DNA of 64,000 nt from a virus (lineage: Duplodnaviria; Caudoviricetes), in IMG/VR virus record IMGVR_UViG_3300021408_000001, positions 68,905-132,904 of that record, one strand, 5' to 3'. The notes below the pieces were generated by a model that had not been told where the DNA came from, searched no databases, and worked only from the letters and a program-made list of their open reading frames with translations. The position numbers and the translations under genes were made by a program. This document shows, one piece after another, positions 50,467-59,725 of the stretch; position 1 is the first letter of the stretch, and each line of letters begins with the position of its first letter.

Positions 50467-50903
50467 TGTCAGCTGGTAGAAAGGCCCTATTCATCATCGG
50501 TGGTGTGCTCTTTGTAGTGCTGCTGATTGGTGGACCCTTTGCATGGCGCTGGATTACAGCGGAGCCTAAGGGTGCACTAGAGGCTAGAGAGCAGACTCTC
50601 GGAGATGGTGATTTCCGACTTCAAGCGTATGACTATTTCTTCGGGCTTTGCGGTACAGTGCAGAGCCAGGAAGATAGAATTGATGCTCTGAATCAGGAGC
50701 TTGCCACTAACCCAAGTCAAGGTCGCGTTGAGCAAATCAATGCGTCACTGACGGCAGTTAGAGCAGGTAGATCAGAAGCCATCAATGAGTACAACAATGC
50801 ATCCACAGGTGAGTATACCCGTGGACAGTTCAGGGATTCGGACCTTCCGTATCAACTTGATCAAAACGATGAGGACACTGAATGCGTAATCGTAGACGGG
50901 TAG
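50466..50903 (+). CDS. membrane-anchored protein
   Basis: N-terminal TM; TAATG coupling. Confidence 0.75.
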   Translation: MSAGRKALFIIGGVLFVVLLIGGPFAWRWITAEPKGALEAREQTLGDGDFRLQAYDYFFGLCGTVQSQEDRIDALNQELATNPSQGRVEQINASLTAVRAGRSEAINEYNNASTGEYTRGQFRDSDLPYQLDQNDEDTECVIVDG

Positions 50904-51484
50904 TCGCTGTACTACTCGGTATTGTTATCCTGGTTCTTGCAGCCTGCGAGCAGCCAAGTGAGGGCAGTAAGTCCAATGAAGAGCGGCGCAATGAGTCCGT
51001 TCAAGCACTGGAAGATGGACAGCCCGCGGAGACGATGGATTGGTCGCCTTCTATCGAGACGATTAATTTCTGGATCAACACGTGGGAAGAGCCTGGCAAG
51101 CTCAGCTTCGTTTACATCGAGCGAGCTAACGGCGAGTATGGTTACTTCATCCTAGAGGGACTGCCGGTTAGTTACTGTGCCGGTCTTACATCTCCATGGG
51201 ATACAGCTAAGATTGATAGTGGCGATGATTCCGATGACAATGATATGGAAGCCATCGTTCCTGCACCTGGTATGGATGGTGTTTACTACTCTGGTGGGCA
51301 GTGCAATGTCTACTACGGTAAGGACGCCACTACAGGCGCATATGTTGAGTGGAGCATCGGACAGGGTCAGAACTACTTCCTGTACGATGAGCCAATGCCT
51401 AGGTTGAATAGTGCTCAGCCTTTGGGTCCCTCTGAGTTCAATGACGTCCCCGCGAACGAGCGGGACGGAGTTGACCAGGGCTAA
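50882..51484 (+). CDS. lipoprotein
   Basis: Lipobox LAAC. Confidence 0.75.
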   Translation: MRNRRRVVAVLLGIVILVLAACEQPSEGSKSNEERRNESVQALEDGQPAETMDWSPSIETINFWINTWEEPGKLSFVYIERANGEYGYFILEGLPVSYCAGLTSPWDTAKIDSGDDSDDNDMEAIVPAPGMDGVYYSGGQCNVYYGKDATTGAYVEWSIGQGQNYFLYDEPMPRLNSAQPLGPSEFNDVPANERDGVDQG

Positions 51485-51532
51485 TAAACGCCTTGTGGTG
51501 GCTCTGGCGTGATGCTAGGGTCACCACATCAA

Positions 51533-51606
51533 GGTCGGGTAGCTCAGTTGGCAGTAGCGCCTGTTTGAAACACAGGAGGTCGTGAGTTCAAATCTCACCC
51601 TGACCA
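51533..51606 (+). tRNA. tRNA-Phe(GAA)
   Basis: Cloverleaf; CCTGT-TTGAAAC-ACAGG. Confidence 0.92.
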
Positions 51607-51609
51607 CAA

Positions 51610-52014
51610 ATGGTTGATAATTCCACTTATAGCAAGATACGAAGGCAAGAAAGAAGACTACTTGCCTTCGAGTTGCTTGGTGATAAGTGTGTTAAATGCG
51701 GTTCTACAGATAATCTTGAGTTTGATCATATTGATCCAACTACTAAGCATTATTGTATAAGTGAGATCTTGGCGTTTCGAATGGAAAAGCTACTAGCTGA
51801 GCTTAGTAAATGCCAGTTACTATGTACTGACTGCCATAGAGAGAAAACGTCGAATTGGCATAAAACCTACTTCGCTCACAACAGAAACTTCTCACCACAT
51901 GTTCATGGAACAGCTCGTACTTATCATGAACTGAAATGTCACTGCGAGCCGTGTCAACTAGCTAAACGTCTATATCGACAGAAACTAATTTCCTACACTG
52001 AAGTAGCACAATAA
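51610..52014 (+). CDS. HNH endonuclease
   Basis: LGDKCVKCG..LEFDHIDP..KCQLLC.DCH; HGT..Y..C.C..C. Confidence 0.88.
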   Translation: MVDNSTYSKIRRQERRLLAFELLGDKCVKCGSTDNLEFDHIDPTTKHYCISEILAFRMEKLLAELSKCQLLCTDCHREKTSNWHKTYFAHNRNFSPHVHGTARTYHELKCHCEPCQLAKRLYRQKLISYTEVAQ

Positions 52015-52051
52015 GTGGGCGAGGTCACCGGATCGATGCCGGTCCCGACCA
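52013..52051 (+). pseudogene. orphan 3' half of a tRNA(Phe-like)
   Basis: AA-GT-GGGCG-AGGTC-ACCGG-ATCGATG-CCGGT-CCCGACC-A; CCCGACC is complementary to GGTCGGG of tRNA-Phe. Confidence 0.7.
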
Positions 52052-52272
52052 CTTAGGGGAGATGTGGAATTACTTAACTATATCAGAAAAGATGATAAGC
52101 CAGCACATGATCCTACAGAGTACATAGTACTATTTGAGGATATTGTAGATTTAAATGATTTCAGCGATTGGGAAATCTTAAGTTTGCAAGGACACTGGTG
52201 GAATCTTATTAAATTCGTAGGTCTTTTCAAAGACGTTCCTGGCAAGTTTCCAGTTAGGATTCGTAAGCAACT

Positions 52273-52653
52273 GTGACTCGCGCCAAAGATAAAATAGAGG
52301 CCACTTTTAACCGGCCTGTTAAGGCAACGCTTGTCGTTCGCACAGGAAATGACGAAGAGTGGGAAGCGACTACCGAAGATCTAGACAAGTTTCAATTGGC
52401 CAGGAAATCAGATATGTATCTTCGAATCGTCCAGATGTTCGCTGAGGGCCTTGGTCTAAAGCACTTTGATGAACTTAGTGATCACGAAGGCCCTAACATA
52501 ATTCGTTATATCATTGAGTGTGGTATCTATTACGATCATACACCTTGGGCTAATGCACAAGGTGAACCGTGGCCTGAAAATGAAGAGGATGAAGTTAGCT
52601 ACAAGGACCGCCTACGCGCCACCTTCACGGAGGATTGGTCGCCGGCTACGTAG
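52273..52653 (+). CDS. hypothetical protein
   Basis: GTGA overlap; 126 aa. Confidence 0.7.
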   Translation: MTRAKDKIEATFNRPVKATLVVRTGNDEEWEATTEDLDKFQLARKSDMYLRIVQMFAEGLGLKHFDELSDHEGPNIIRYIIECGIYYDHTPWANAQGEPWPENEEDEVSYKDRLRATFTEDWSPAT

Positions 52654-52661
52654 GCCGCTTG

Positions 52662-52754
52662 GGTCGGGCTGGACGGCAGAGCCTGCAACACAGGGCCTCG
52701 GCAACCGCTCACTGGGCGCTCTGGCAGGTGAGGGTTCAAATCCCTCCCCGACCA
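52662..52754 (+). ncRNA. tRNA-like RNA with non-canonical core
   Basis: Acceptor GGTCGGG/CCCGACC-A and T-arm GAGGG-TTCAAAT-CCCTC, but no normal D or anticodon arm. Confidence 0.6.
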
Positions 52755-52787
52755 CGAGATAAGCGTGGTATAATACATCCGAGTCTT

Positions 52788-52862
52788 GGCCCTGTAGGCG
52801 AAGTGGTTAGAGCCGTCACCCTCTCAAGGTGAAGTTTGCGAGTTCGAATCTCGTCAGGGCCT
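52788..52862 (+). tRNA. tRNA-Glu(CTC)
   Basis: Cloverleaf; TCACC-CTCTCAA-GGTGA; TGGTATAAT just upstream. Confidence 0.92.
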
Positions 52863-53125
52863 CAATGAAAACTGAATTTGAAGGTGTAATAACTTTCGTG
52901 AATCCATCTACGTTATATATGGATGGAACTACGCCAGTAGGTATCAAGATGCGCAGTCCAGGTACGGATCGATTGCTGTACCTAAAGGGTAAGAATGTTA
53001 AGATCATAGTACTAGATGACTAAATACTACGTATGTCAGCACTCTAAATGCTTGTTCTTCTTTAAGACTCCGAAAGAACTTAATGAGCACTACGTAAAAG
53101 ATCATGGGGCAGTAATGCCCACCAA

Positions 53126-53200
53126 GGCCCCGTAGACAAATTGGTTAACGTCACCACCCTTTCAAGGTGGAATTTGCGGGTTCGAATCCCGTCGGGGCTG
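53126..53200 (+). tRNA. tRNA-Glu(TTC)
   Basis: Cloverleaf; CCACC-CTTTCAA-GGTGG. Confidence 0.92.
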
Positions 53201-53280
53201 CTATGAATGAACCATACGCTAGAGAGCGCGAAGAGCAAGCGGGATGGTTACCAGACTTGAATACCAAAGGGGGAATTTCA

Positions 53281-53535
53281 ATGAATGAAGAAGCTGAGGT
53301 AATTGATCCTTATCTGGTTCAAGATGAATATCTAGTTGCAGCATTAAAGAAGTTCGCAAAAGGCTATGCGAACGCGACTGACGATCAAAAGCGTCGTCTT
53401 CTAATTATTCTACATGATGAGTTCGGCTTGTCGCGTCGGAATATTCGACAATTCATTCGCCTGCGCAGTGGACAGATGGAGTACCAGTGGTGGAAGCTCG
53501 TAAGAGGTGCATCAAAGTCAAGTAAGGTCGGTTGA
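53281..53535 (+). CDS. small HTH-like protein
   Basis: RRLLIILHDEFGLSRRNI; paralog of 47419 ORF. Confidence 0.55.
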   Translation: MNEEAEVIDPYLVQDEYLVAALKKFAKGYANATDDQKRRLLIILHDEFGLSRRNIRQFIRLRSGQMEYQWWKLVRGASKSSKVG

Positions 53536-53709
53536 GTGGCCGAGTTTATTGACATCGTAATCCTACGCAATCCGGAAGACAACTCTGTTGCTGATATGTG
53601 GTTTGAGGATGATCACGGCAAAAGAATAGCCATCCCACAGGTGTTCGATGAGCCGTATTGGGATCGCCACAGAATCCAACATGATACTATCGACAAGCTG
53701 TAGTATCAT

Positions 53710-53782
53710 TCCGGAGTAGTTCAATTGGCAGAACGCTAACCTTTGGAGTTAGTTGTTAGAGGTTCGAACCCTCTCTCCGGAG
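53710..53782 (+). tRNA. tRNA-Gln(TTG)
   Basis: Cloverleaf; CTAAC-CTTTGGA-GTTAG. Confidence 0.92.
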
Positions 53783-53788
53783 CGACAT

Positions 53789-54169
53789 ATGATAGAACCC
53801 ACATCACAAGAACTGGCAGACTGGTTCTTCAATAGCGGCACATGGCGCAAGACTCAAGGTGCCGATGGATTCAACTACGCTAAAAACGATGATCGCGGGT
53901 ATGTTTACGTCTGGGTAATGGCTCACGTAGATATGGATCTAACGCAGCATTACCTGCTTGATGTTAGAGTTAGCCAGCCTGACGATACATGGGAACATAG
54001 GCACTTTCTCTACGTTAGCATAGATGCATGGCATAATGAGAGTGTTAAAAACGAGCTTGTTGGCGATCGAATCAAGTTCAATGCTGACGCCAATGAGCAT
54101 AAAAATCGCTTAGACATCGGGTTACATAGATTTGCTGAGATTGTAGTTCAATCGCAATTCGAGGAGTAA
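53789..54169 (+). CDS. hypothetical protein
   Basis: ATG just after tRNA-Gln. Confidence 0.65.
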   Translation: MIEPTSQELADWFFNSGTWRKTQGADGFNYAKNDDRGYVYVWVMAHVDMDLTQHYLLDVRVSQPDDTWEHRHFLYVSIDAWHNESVKNELVGDRIKFNADANEHKNRLDIGLHRFAEIVVQSQFEE

Positions 54170-54390
54170 TCACATGCTTTAGGTGACTTACTTTTGTAAA
54201 ACCAAAGAAGAGTGGTCGTTTCGCTGGTCTATTGCCAAGTCGAGCCGCGGCAATAGAAAACAAAAGATTAAGAAAACTAGTTGGTTCAATGATGGTTGGT
54301 GGGAAGAGGGATACCTACGCCGTCTAGCTAGCTTGAAATCTGAACATCAATACGAAATTCACAATTGGGAAGATTACACTTAGTAGACAT

Positions 54391-54467
54391 GGTGGCCGTA
54401 GCTTAGTCTGGCTCAAAGCGTCGCGTTGTGGTCGCGAAGATCGCGGGTTCGAATCCCGTCGGTCACC
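54391..54467 (+). tRNA. tRNA-His(GTG) with encoded G-1
   Basis: Cloverleaf; TCGCG-TTGTGGT-CGCGA; G-1:C73. Confidence 0.93.
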
Positions 54468-54482
54468 CTTTAGGAGAACAAA

Positions 54483-54854
54483 TTGGGGGCTAGAAACAAG
54501 ACTAGATTATTTGATAGGGATGGCAAGCCTATAACCTTTCTTGCCCACCCGAGGCTATTTGAAGATCCAAAATATAGGTTTCTAGCTAAGACTAGAATCA
54601 ATGGTGTGTGTATAACCACCATCTGGCTAGGGCTTAGTTATGAGGATGATCGTCCTGTAGGTATCTTCGAAACAATGGCTGTAGGTAATATTCAACAAGA
54701 AAAAATAGAAATAGATACAACAGGTATGGACCCTTTTAGTGCTTATCTTCATGAGTGGGTCAGCCCCTATGAAGATGACGAGATTATAGTTAGAAGTGAC
54801 ACGGAGGTGGAAGCTATGGATACCCACAAATCACTAATAGCCAAGTTTTCGTGA
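54483..54854 (+). CDS. hypothetical protein
   Basis: AGGAG RBS; T.WLG..IFETM motif. Confidence 0.65.
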   Translation: MGARNKTRLFDRDGKPITFLAHPRLFEDPKYRFLAKTRINGVCITTIWLGLSYEDDRPVGIFETMAVGNIQQEKIEIDTTGMDPFSAYLHEWVSPYEDDEIIVRSDTEVEAMDTHKSLIAKFS

Positions 54855-55165
54855 AAGAATTCTACTCTCTTAGCGTTCCAGAAACATGGAAACCTTGCGT
54901 AGCAGATTTGATACCACCGTTAATATGTAGTCACTGGCGCATTACTCGAATCAACGTACCAGTTGCGGCTAGACACAATGGTTACGGAAGACGGTTACTA
55001 GAAACAATCATTGTTGATGCTGATAATGAGCGCCTAGATCTGTGCGTAGAGCCACATGGATCGGACGGTCCTACTACGACAGAATTAATCTCCTGGTATG
55101 AGAAATATGGATTTGTGTTTGTAAATACAACCCAATGTGCTATGGTGAGGACCTGGAATGAGTAG
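54851..55165 (+). CDS. GNAT acetyltransferase
   Basis: INVP...RHNGYGRRLL..WYEKYGF. Confidence 0.8.
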   Translation: MKEFYSLSVPETWKPCVADLIPPLICSHWRITRINVPVAARHNGYGRRLLETIIVDADNERLDLCVEPHGSDGPTTTELISWYEKYGFVFVNTTQCAMVRTWNE

Positions 55166-55464
55166 AGAAGAACTGATCAGGACATTCGCCACGCTGTATA
55201 CGGGCTTGCAAGTACCAGTGTCTATGTCGATGCCTTTGGGCGCAGCTGATGATGCTTGGCGCACTATCAATGCTGGGCTAGGCCTAGTTGGTTGGGTAAA
55301 CGTGGAGGATGTCGAAGCTGCTATGAGTAAGGTCTTTGACAATGAATAGCCCATACGATCACAAAGAGGGAAGAATCTTCCCCCTTGTAATAATCATCGC
55401 ATCACTACTTGTGGTTGTAGTGGCAGTAGTTATAATCGCTATCTCTGCCGTTAGTTAAAGGTTT

Positions 55465-55543
55465 GCCAGTGTAGCATACGTTGGTTTTATGCACCTATCT
55501 TGTAAATAGGGGAACGCAGGTTCGATTCCTGTCGCTGGCTCCA
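55465..55543 (+). tRNA. tRNA-Thr(TGT), CCA encoded
   Basis: Cloverleaf; CCTAT-CTTGTAA-ATAGG. Confidence 0.9.
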
Positions 55544-55554
55544 AATTGTTAAAT

Positions 55555-55628
55555 GCGCTTGTAGCTCAGTTGGATAGAGCAAATGCCTTCTAAGCATGAG
55601 GTCGCAGGTTCGAGTCCTGCCGGGCGCG
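55555..55628 (+). tRNA. tRNA-Arg(TCT)
   Basis: Cloverleaf; loop CT-TCT-AA. Confidence 0.92.
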
Positions 55629-55643
55629 CTATACTGTAAATAT

Positions 55644-55680
55644 GGAGTGGTGGCAGAGTCCGGTCGATTGCGGCACTCCC
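55644..55680 (+). pseudogene. orphan 5' half of a tRNA-Ser-like gene
   Basis: GGAGTGG-TG-GCAGAGTCCGGTCGATTGC-G-GCACT; same acceptor 5' strand as tRNA-Ser at 56503; stops at the anticodon loop. Confidence 0.65.
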
Positions 55681-55695
55681 AATGAGGAGGATAAA

Positions 55696-56221
55696 ATGCT
55701 AACCCAAGAATTTATTGATAAATTTCTGGAATTAAGAGACGATGAAGATGATTCTCTCTGGGCGCAGGGGGACATGCTGAGAGAGTTAGATCCAACGCAA
55801 TCCGAGTTAGTTAAAACTATCCGAAATCACGCAACTCGCAGTAAATACTTTAAAGCTCCGACGAAGAGTTTCTACCGAAATACCTAAAGATAAGCGTCGA
55901 GCACATCGTTGGTCAGTTTATAGAGAATTTATTCGTATCACAGACCCTGCTAGGCGTGATGAGATAATGTCAACTCGCTCCGAATGGACAGCTTCAGCAG
56001 CACAAGAGGCAGTTAGAACCTGCCTTTCACCTAAGGACCTGCTTCCATATCCTGCACCCAAAACTAATATGAAATCCATGAGAGTAGGCGACATATCTAT
56101 AAGAGCCGAAACTGACGGAAACAACCTCACCTTAAGAGTGAAGGGGATGGGCAACAATCACGAAGCAGAAACATTCCAGAGCGCCCAAGACACTATTTTT
56201 ACTCTGACACCTAATGAATGA
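55696..56221 (+). pseudogene. hypothetical protein with one apparent frameshift
   Basis: GAGGAGG RBS; removing one A from the run near 55813-55816 joins the 55696 and 55967 ORFs in one frame. Confidence 0.55.
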
Positions 56222-56498
56222 TGAAGACTTCAAAAGAGCTATAGAAGTAATAATCTCTGAACGTCTAATCTGTCCAAATTGTAGACTAAAATTTGGGCCA
56301 GTGTATCCTAACCAGAAATATTGTAGCTCTGGGTGCATGGTTTCGTTTAACCGAGGTATTAAGCGGAGCGTCTACATATGTGTAATCTGTAACAAGAAGT
56401 TTCCTGGTGGATCTAAAAGGGTCAGAAAAACATGCTCTGACAAATGTCGAGTAGTGTATATTCAAGGGAGAAGAAGAAGAAGAAGAAGCAAGGGTTAA
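56214..56498 (+). CDS. double Zn-finger (CxxC..CS..C) basic protein
   Basis: CPNC..YCSSGC..CVIC..TCSDKC. Confidence 0.7.
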   Translation: MNDEDFKRAIEVIISERLICPNCRLKFGPVYPNQKYCSSGCMVSFNRGIKRSVYICVICNKKFPGGSKRVRKTCSDKCRVVYIQGRRRRRRSKG

Positions 56499-56502
56499 CT
56501 TT

Positions 56503-56589
56503 GGAGTGGTGACCGAGTCTGGCTTAAGGTGCTGTCCTGCTAAGACAGTGGGTGTAACAGCCCCGAGGGTTCAAATCCCTCTCACTCCA
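56503..56589 (+). tRNA. tRNA-Ser(GCT)
   Basis: Long variable arm; CTGTC-CTGCTAA-GACAG. Confidence 0.92.
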
Positions 56590-56642
56590 CTTTCCTAGGC
56601 TATAATACGATCGATACCCAATCTAAGAACGCTTAGGAACCT

Positions 56643-56716
56643 AGGCCAATAGCTCAGTCTGGTAGAGCGCTTCTCTTACAAGGAAGATGCCGGGGGTTCG
56701 AATCCCTCTTGGCCTA
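56643..56716 (+). tRNA. tRNA-Val(TAC)
   Basis: Cloverleaf; CTTCT-CTTACAA-GGAAG. Confidence 0.92.
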
Positions 56717-56721
56717 CTAAT

Positions 56722-57219
56722 ATGGGTAGCCACGACAGTAGAGAAGAATACAATTCCTACATGCGTGACTACATGCGCAAGCGCATTGCATATAGAAAAG
56801 CCGCTGCTATAGAGATTCTTGGTGGCAAATGCGCTTCGTGTGGCACGCAGTATAATCTTGGGATAAAATGCGTCAAGGCTGATGCTACAGTTCGCACCGC
56901 AGGACAACTAGGTGGGCTGTCAGAGCGCAGGTTCATAAAGGAGCTGTCTAACTGGTCCGTACTTTGCCAACCTTGCGCTAAGCCAGCTAAAAATAGGACT
57001 AACTCATCCGCAATTTATATGGGACATGCTAATGCCTTCTCGGTATTACATTATATCAAGGGAGAAGGTACCAAGGCCTTGTGCGGAGCAAATATTGCGC
57101 ATATACTATGCAATGATCAAGACGTCCCAATCGTGTACGCGGATCATTGGGGCGGCCGGTACAGCAACTGCATGAATTGCGAAAGGCTGCTTAAAAGAAG
57201 TAAGCTTGCCACTTTCTAA
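56722..57219 (+). CDS. degenerate HNH-like protein fused to a Cys/His domain
   Basis: EEYNSYMRDYM..LGGKCASCG like the 57206 ORF, but lacks the DH catalytic motif. Confidence 0.6.
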   Translation: MGSHDSREEYNSYMRDYMRKRIAYRKAAAIEILGGKCASCGTQYNLGIKCVKADATVRTAGQLGGLSERRFIKELSNWSVLCQPCAKPAKNRTNSSAIYMGHANAFSVLHYIKGEGTKALCGANIAHILCNDQDVPIVYADHWGGRYSNCMNCERLLKRSKLATF

Positions 57220-57583
57220 TAAAGAAGAATACAATGCTTACATGCGTGACTACATGTTGCGTAGATATCACGAGAGACGTGATTTCGCTTTGAAGCAGTT
57301 AGGCGGCGTCTGCGTTAGTTGTGGTGCAGGCGAAAATTTAGAATTTGATCACATTGACCCATCTGCTAAGTCTTTTTCCATCAGTAAATTATGGAGTATA
57401 TCCTACGAGAGGTTCCAAGCTGAGCTAAGCAAGTGTCAAATCTTGTGCTATGATTGTCATAAAGATAAGCACAAATCCAAAGCACAACATGGCACAACAC
57501 AGAGATATTGGCGAGGATGTAGATGTATACCGTGCACTACAGCTAACTCAGACTATAATAAGAAGTATAGGCAAGGAAACTAA
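57206..57583 (+). CDS. HNH endonuclease
   Basis: LGGVCVSCG..LEFDHIDP..KCQILC.DCH; HGT..Y..C.C..C. Confidence 0.88.
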   Translation: MPLSNKEEYNAYMRDYMLRRYHERRDFALKQLGGVCVSCGAGENLEFDHIDPSAKSFSISKLWSISYERFQAELSKCQILCYDCHKDKHKSKAQHGTTQRYWRGCRCIPCTTANSDYNKKYRQGN

Positions 57584-57586
57584 CAA

Positions 57587-57659
57587 GCCCCTCTAACTCA
57601 ATTGGCAGAGTACCGTCCTTTTAAGTCGGGAGTTGTGGGTTCGAGTCCCACGGGGGGCA
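57587..57659 (+). tRNA. tRNA-Lys(TTT)
   Basis: Cloverleaf; loop CT-TTT-AA. Confidence 0.9.
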
Positions 57660-57678
57660 CGTAACAAAAATGCTGCAC

Positions 57679-57752
57679 GGGGGTGTAGCTCAGCTGGCCA
57701 GAGCAGCGGCCTCTTAAGCCGAAGCGCGTGGGTTCGAATCCCTCCACCCCCA
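57679..57752 (+). tRNA. tRNA-Lys(CTT)
   Basis: Cloverleaf; loop CT-CTT-AA. Confidence 0.88.
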
Positions 57753-58301
57753 CTCCCCACTACAGTGTATAAGGTTGTCATAGTCCCTTTCCCCGGCAGA
57801 GCAACCTGCACTGTAGTGGGGGCTTATAGATGAGTGAATAAATACATGCATGCCAGAGTCCTTGGATTCGGCTAAGCCTTACCACAATCATCTACTTCGC
57901 AGTTACAATGGAGTGACGAGGAAGGAAATGATATGCGAGGCCCCGATACAGGAGAGTTTCTTGCTCTGGATATCCCAGAGGATCAAGCAAGACTCTCGGC
58001 AGTCGAGTGGAAAAATGAGGCAGATAAATTTAAGTCTGCTTACGAGCGTCTAGTCGTAAGACATCATGAAAATTCTCACAGATTAGAACAAGGAAATTAT
58101 AACGGATCATGTCAGTTTCTAGCCTGTGACAGAATTACATGTAGAGAGGCTAGAAACCTACTAAGTATCGGAGATAGAGGTGGCTACTAAAAAGCCAATG
58201 AACTGGTGGAATGTTGCCGGCTGGACTATAATTGCTACAGTAGTGGCAACTGTAGTTAGCGTACTATTGGCCGTCAATAAACTGATCTCTTCTGTATAGA
58301 A

Positions 58302-59030
58302 ATGTTTGATATTACAGAGATTCTACGGGTTGAAGCTGGCTCTAGAGCTAATGGTACGAGTATTTCAGATGATTCTGATAAAGATGAAATCTCAATCGTT
58401 GTCGAGCCTCTTAAAACTGTCATGGGCCTAAATAGACAAGGTTTTAAGACACTGATGGTACGCACCCAACCAGACGGTGTTCCATCTGGGCCAGGTGACC
58501 TAGACCTAAATGTTTACTCACTTAGAACCTTTCTAGAGCTAGCTGCTGCGGGCAACCCGTCGATTCTTGCTGCACTGTGGGCACCGATCATCAATAGCAA
58601 CGATGACGGGGACCTACTACGCAGCAGCAGTAAATTGTTTATCGGCCGTCATGTGATCCCGAAACACAGGGGGTACATGCGCCAACAAGTTCTTCGCCTA
58701 TTTGGTCTTCGGGGTAATCCTAGAGAAGAGTATGTAGGCGGACATGGCTACGATGTTAAGCTTGCTATGCATGCTACTCGTCTGGGAATGCAGTGCATCG
58801 AGCTGCTCACCACGGGTGGACTAGAGCTTCCTCTCTCAGAAGATCGAGCCCTTAGGTTAAGGGAAATTCGTAAGGGCAATGTACCATTTGATGACTGGTG
58901 GGATGAGTGCCAGTCTTTGGACAGTAAGCTAGAAGCTATGTTGTCTGATGAATCCATCAGGGAAAACGCGGACACAACTTGGATCGTAAAACTATCAATT
59001 AGAATTCATAGTAAGTACTGGATCTTCTGA
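58302..59030 (+). CDS. pol-beta superfamily nucleotidyltransferase (T4 NrdC.11/RlaP-like)
   Basis: GSRANGT..SDKD; GNPS; GYDVK.AMH..RL. Confidence 0.8.
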   Translation: MFDITEILRVEAGSRANGTSISDDSDKDEISIVVEPLKTVMGLNRQGFKTLMVRTQPDGVPSGPGDLDLNVYSLRTFLELAAAGNPSILAALWAPIINSNDDGDLLRSSSKLFIGRHVIPKHRGYMRQQVLRLFGLRGNPREEYVGGHGYDVKLAMHATRLGMQCIELLTTGGLELPLSEDRALRLREIRKGNVPFDDWWDECQSLDSKLEAMLSDESIRENADTTWIVKLSIRIHSKYWIF

Positions 59031-59725
59031 TGCTCTACGTTGTTACCCACACCATGGAAGAGTTTAAGCAGTGGCAGTACGTCACATGGACGAGTAGAAA
59101 TGCCTATATAAAACATATTTCAACTATGTTGATGCCCGACCGATTAAGAGGCATCAGATTCAACTCATCCATCCCCAAGCGAATTATACAAGATCCATTT
59201 AGTGCTGCTCTTTTTAGATTACATCCTTTTCACGGGTGTGACGAAATCGAATTCTTTGGCACTCCTGAGAGAGGCAAATACGCTAAAGATGTACATAGAG
59301 CATTGTTCTATGCACGCGTACCAGAGTCTTATTTAAGGTCATTCGAATATGACATTAAGCGGTGGGAACGCGAAGAGCAATACTATGCCGACAGTCGTAA
59401 CTACCTTTGGTATAGTAAAAAATACAAAATAGAATATACACTCCCACCTCGGGTAAAAGGTTATTAAGCGTGGACGACGAGGAGCCGCCACCATACTCTG
59501 ATCCATTTAGTATGGCCTTATCTAAGCACCTCGTGTTTAGAAATGGGCGGTGGATGCATGGTTGCGAGCTTCACCATACTATATACGCAAGGGCATTTGG
59601 AAAATCTTTAGCTGCCATTGGCATTGCCTTTGCAAACGTTACCTATGCTATAAACAATGCTATAAGCCAGCAAGAAATGGCACAAAGGATTAAACAACAT
59701 CAGGATGCTATACTAAATAGGGAAT

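Noticed and set aside
52662-52754. tmRNA or tRNA-Sec
   Set aside because: Too short for tmRNA, with no G3-U70 Ala identity or tag ORF; no UCA anticodon or extended acceptor stem.
56469-56488. (AGA)n microsatellite
   Set aside because: Simply encodes the poly-Arg tail of the Zn-finger ORF.
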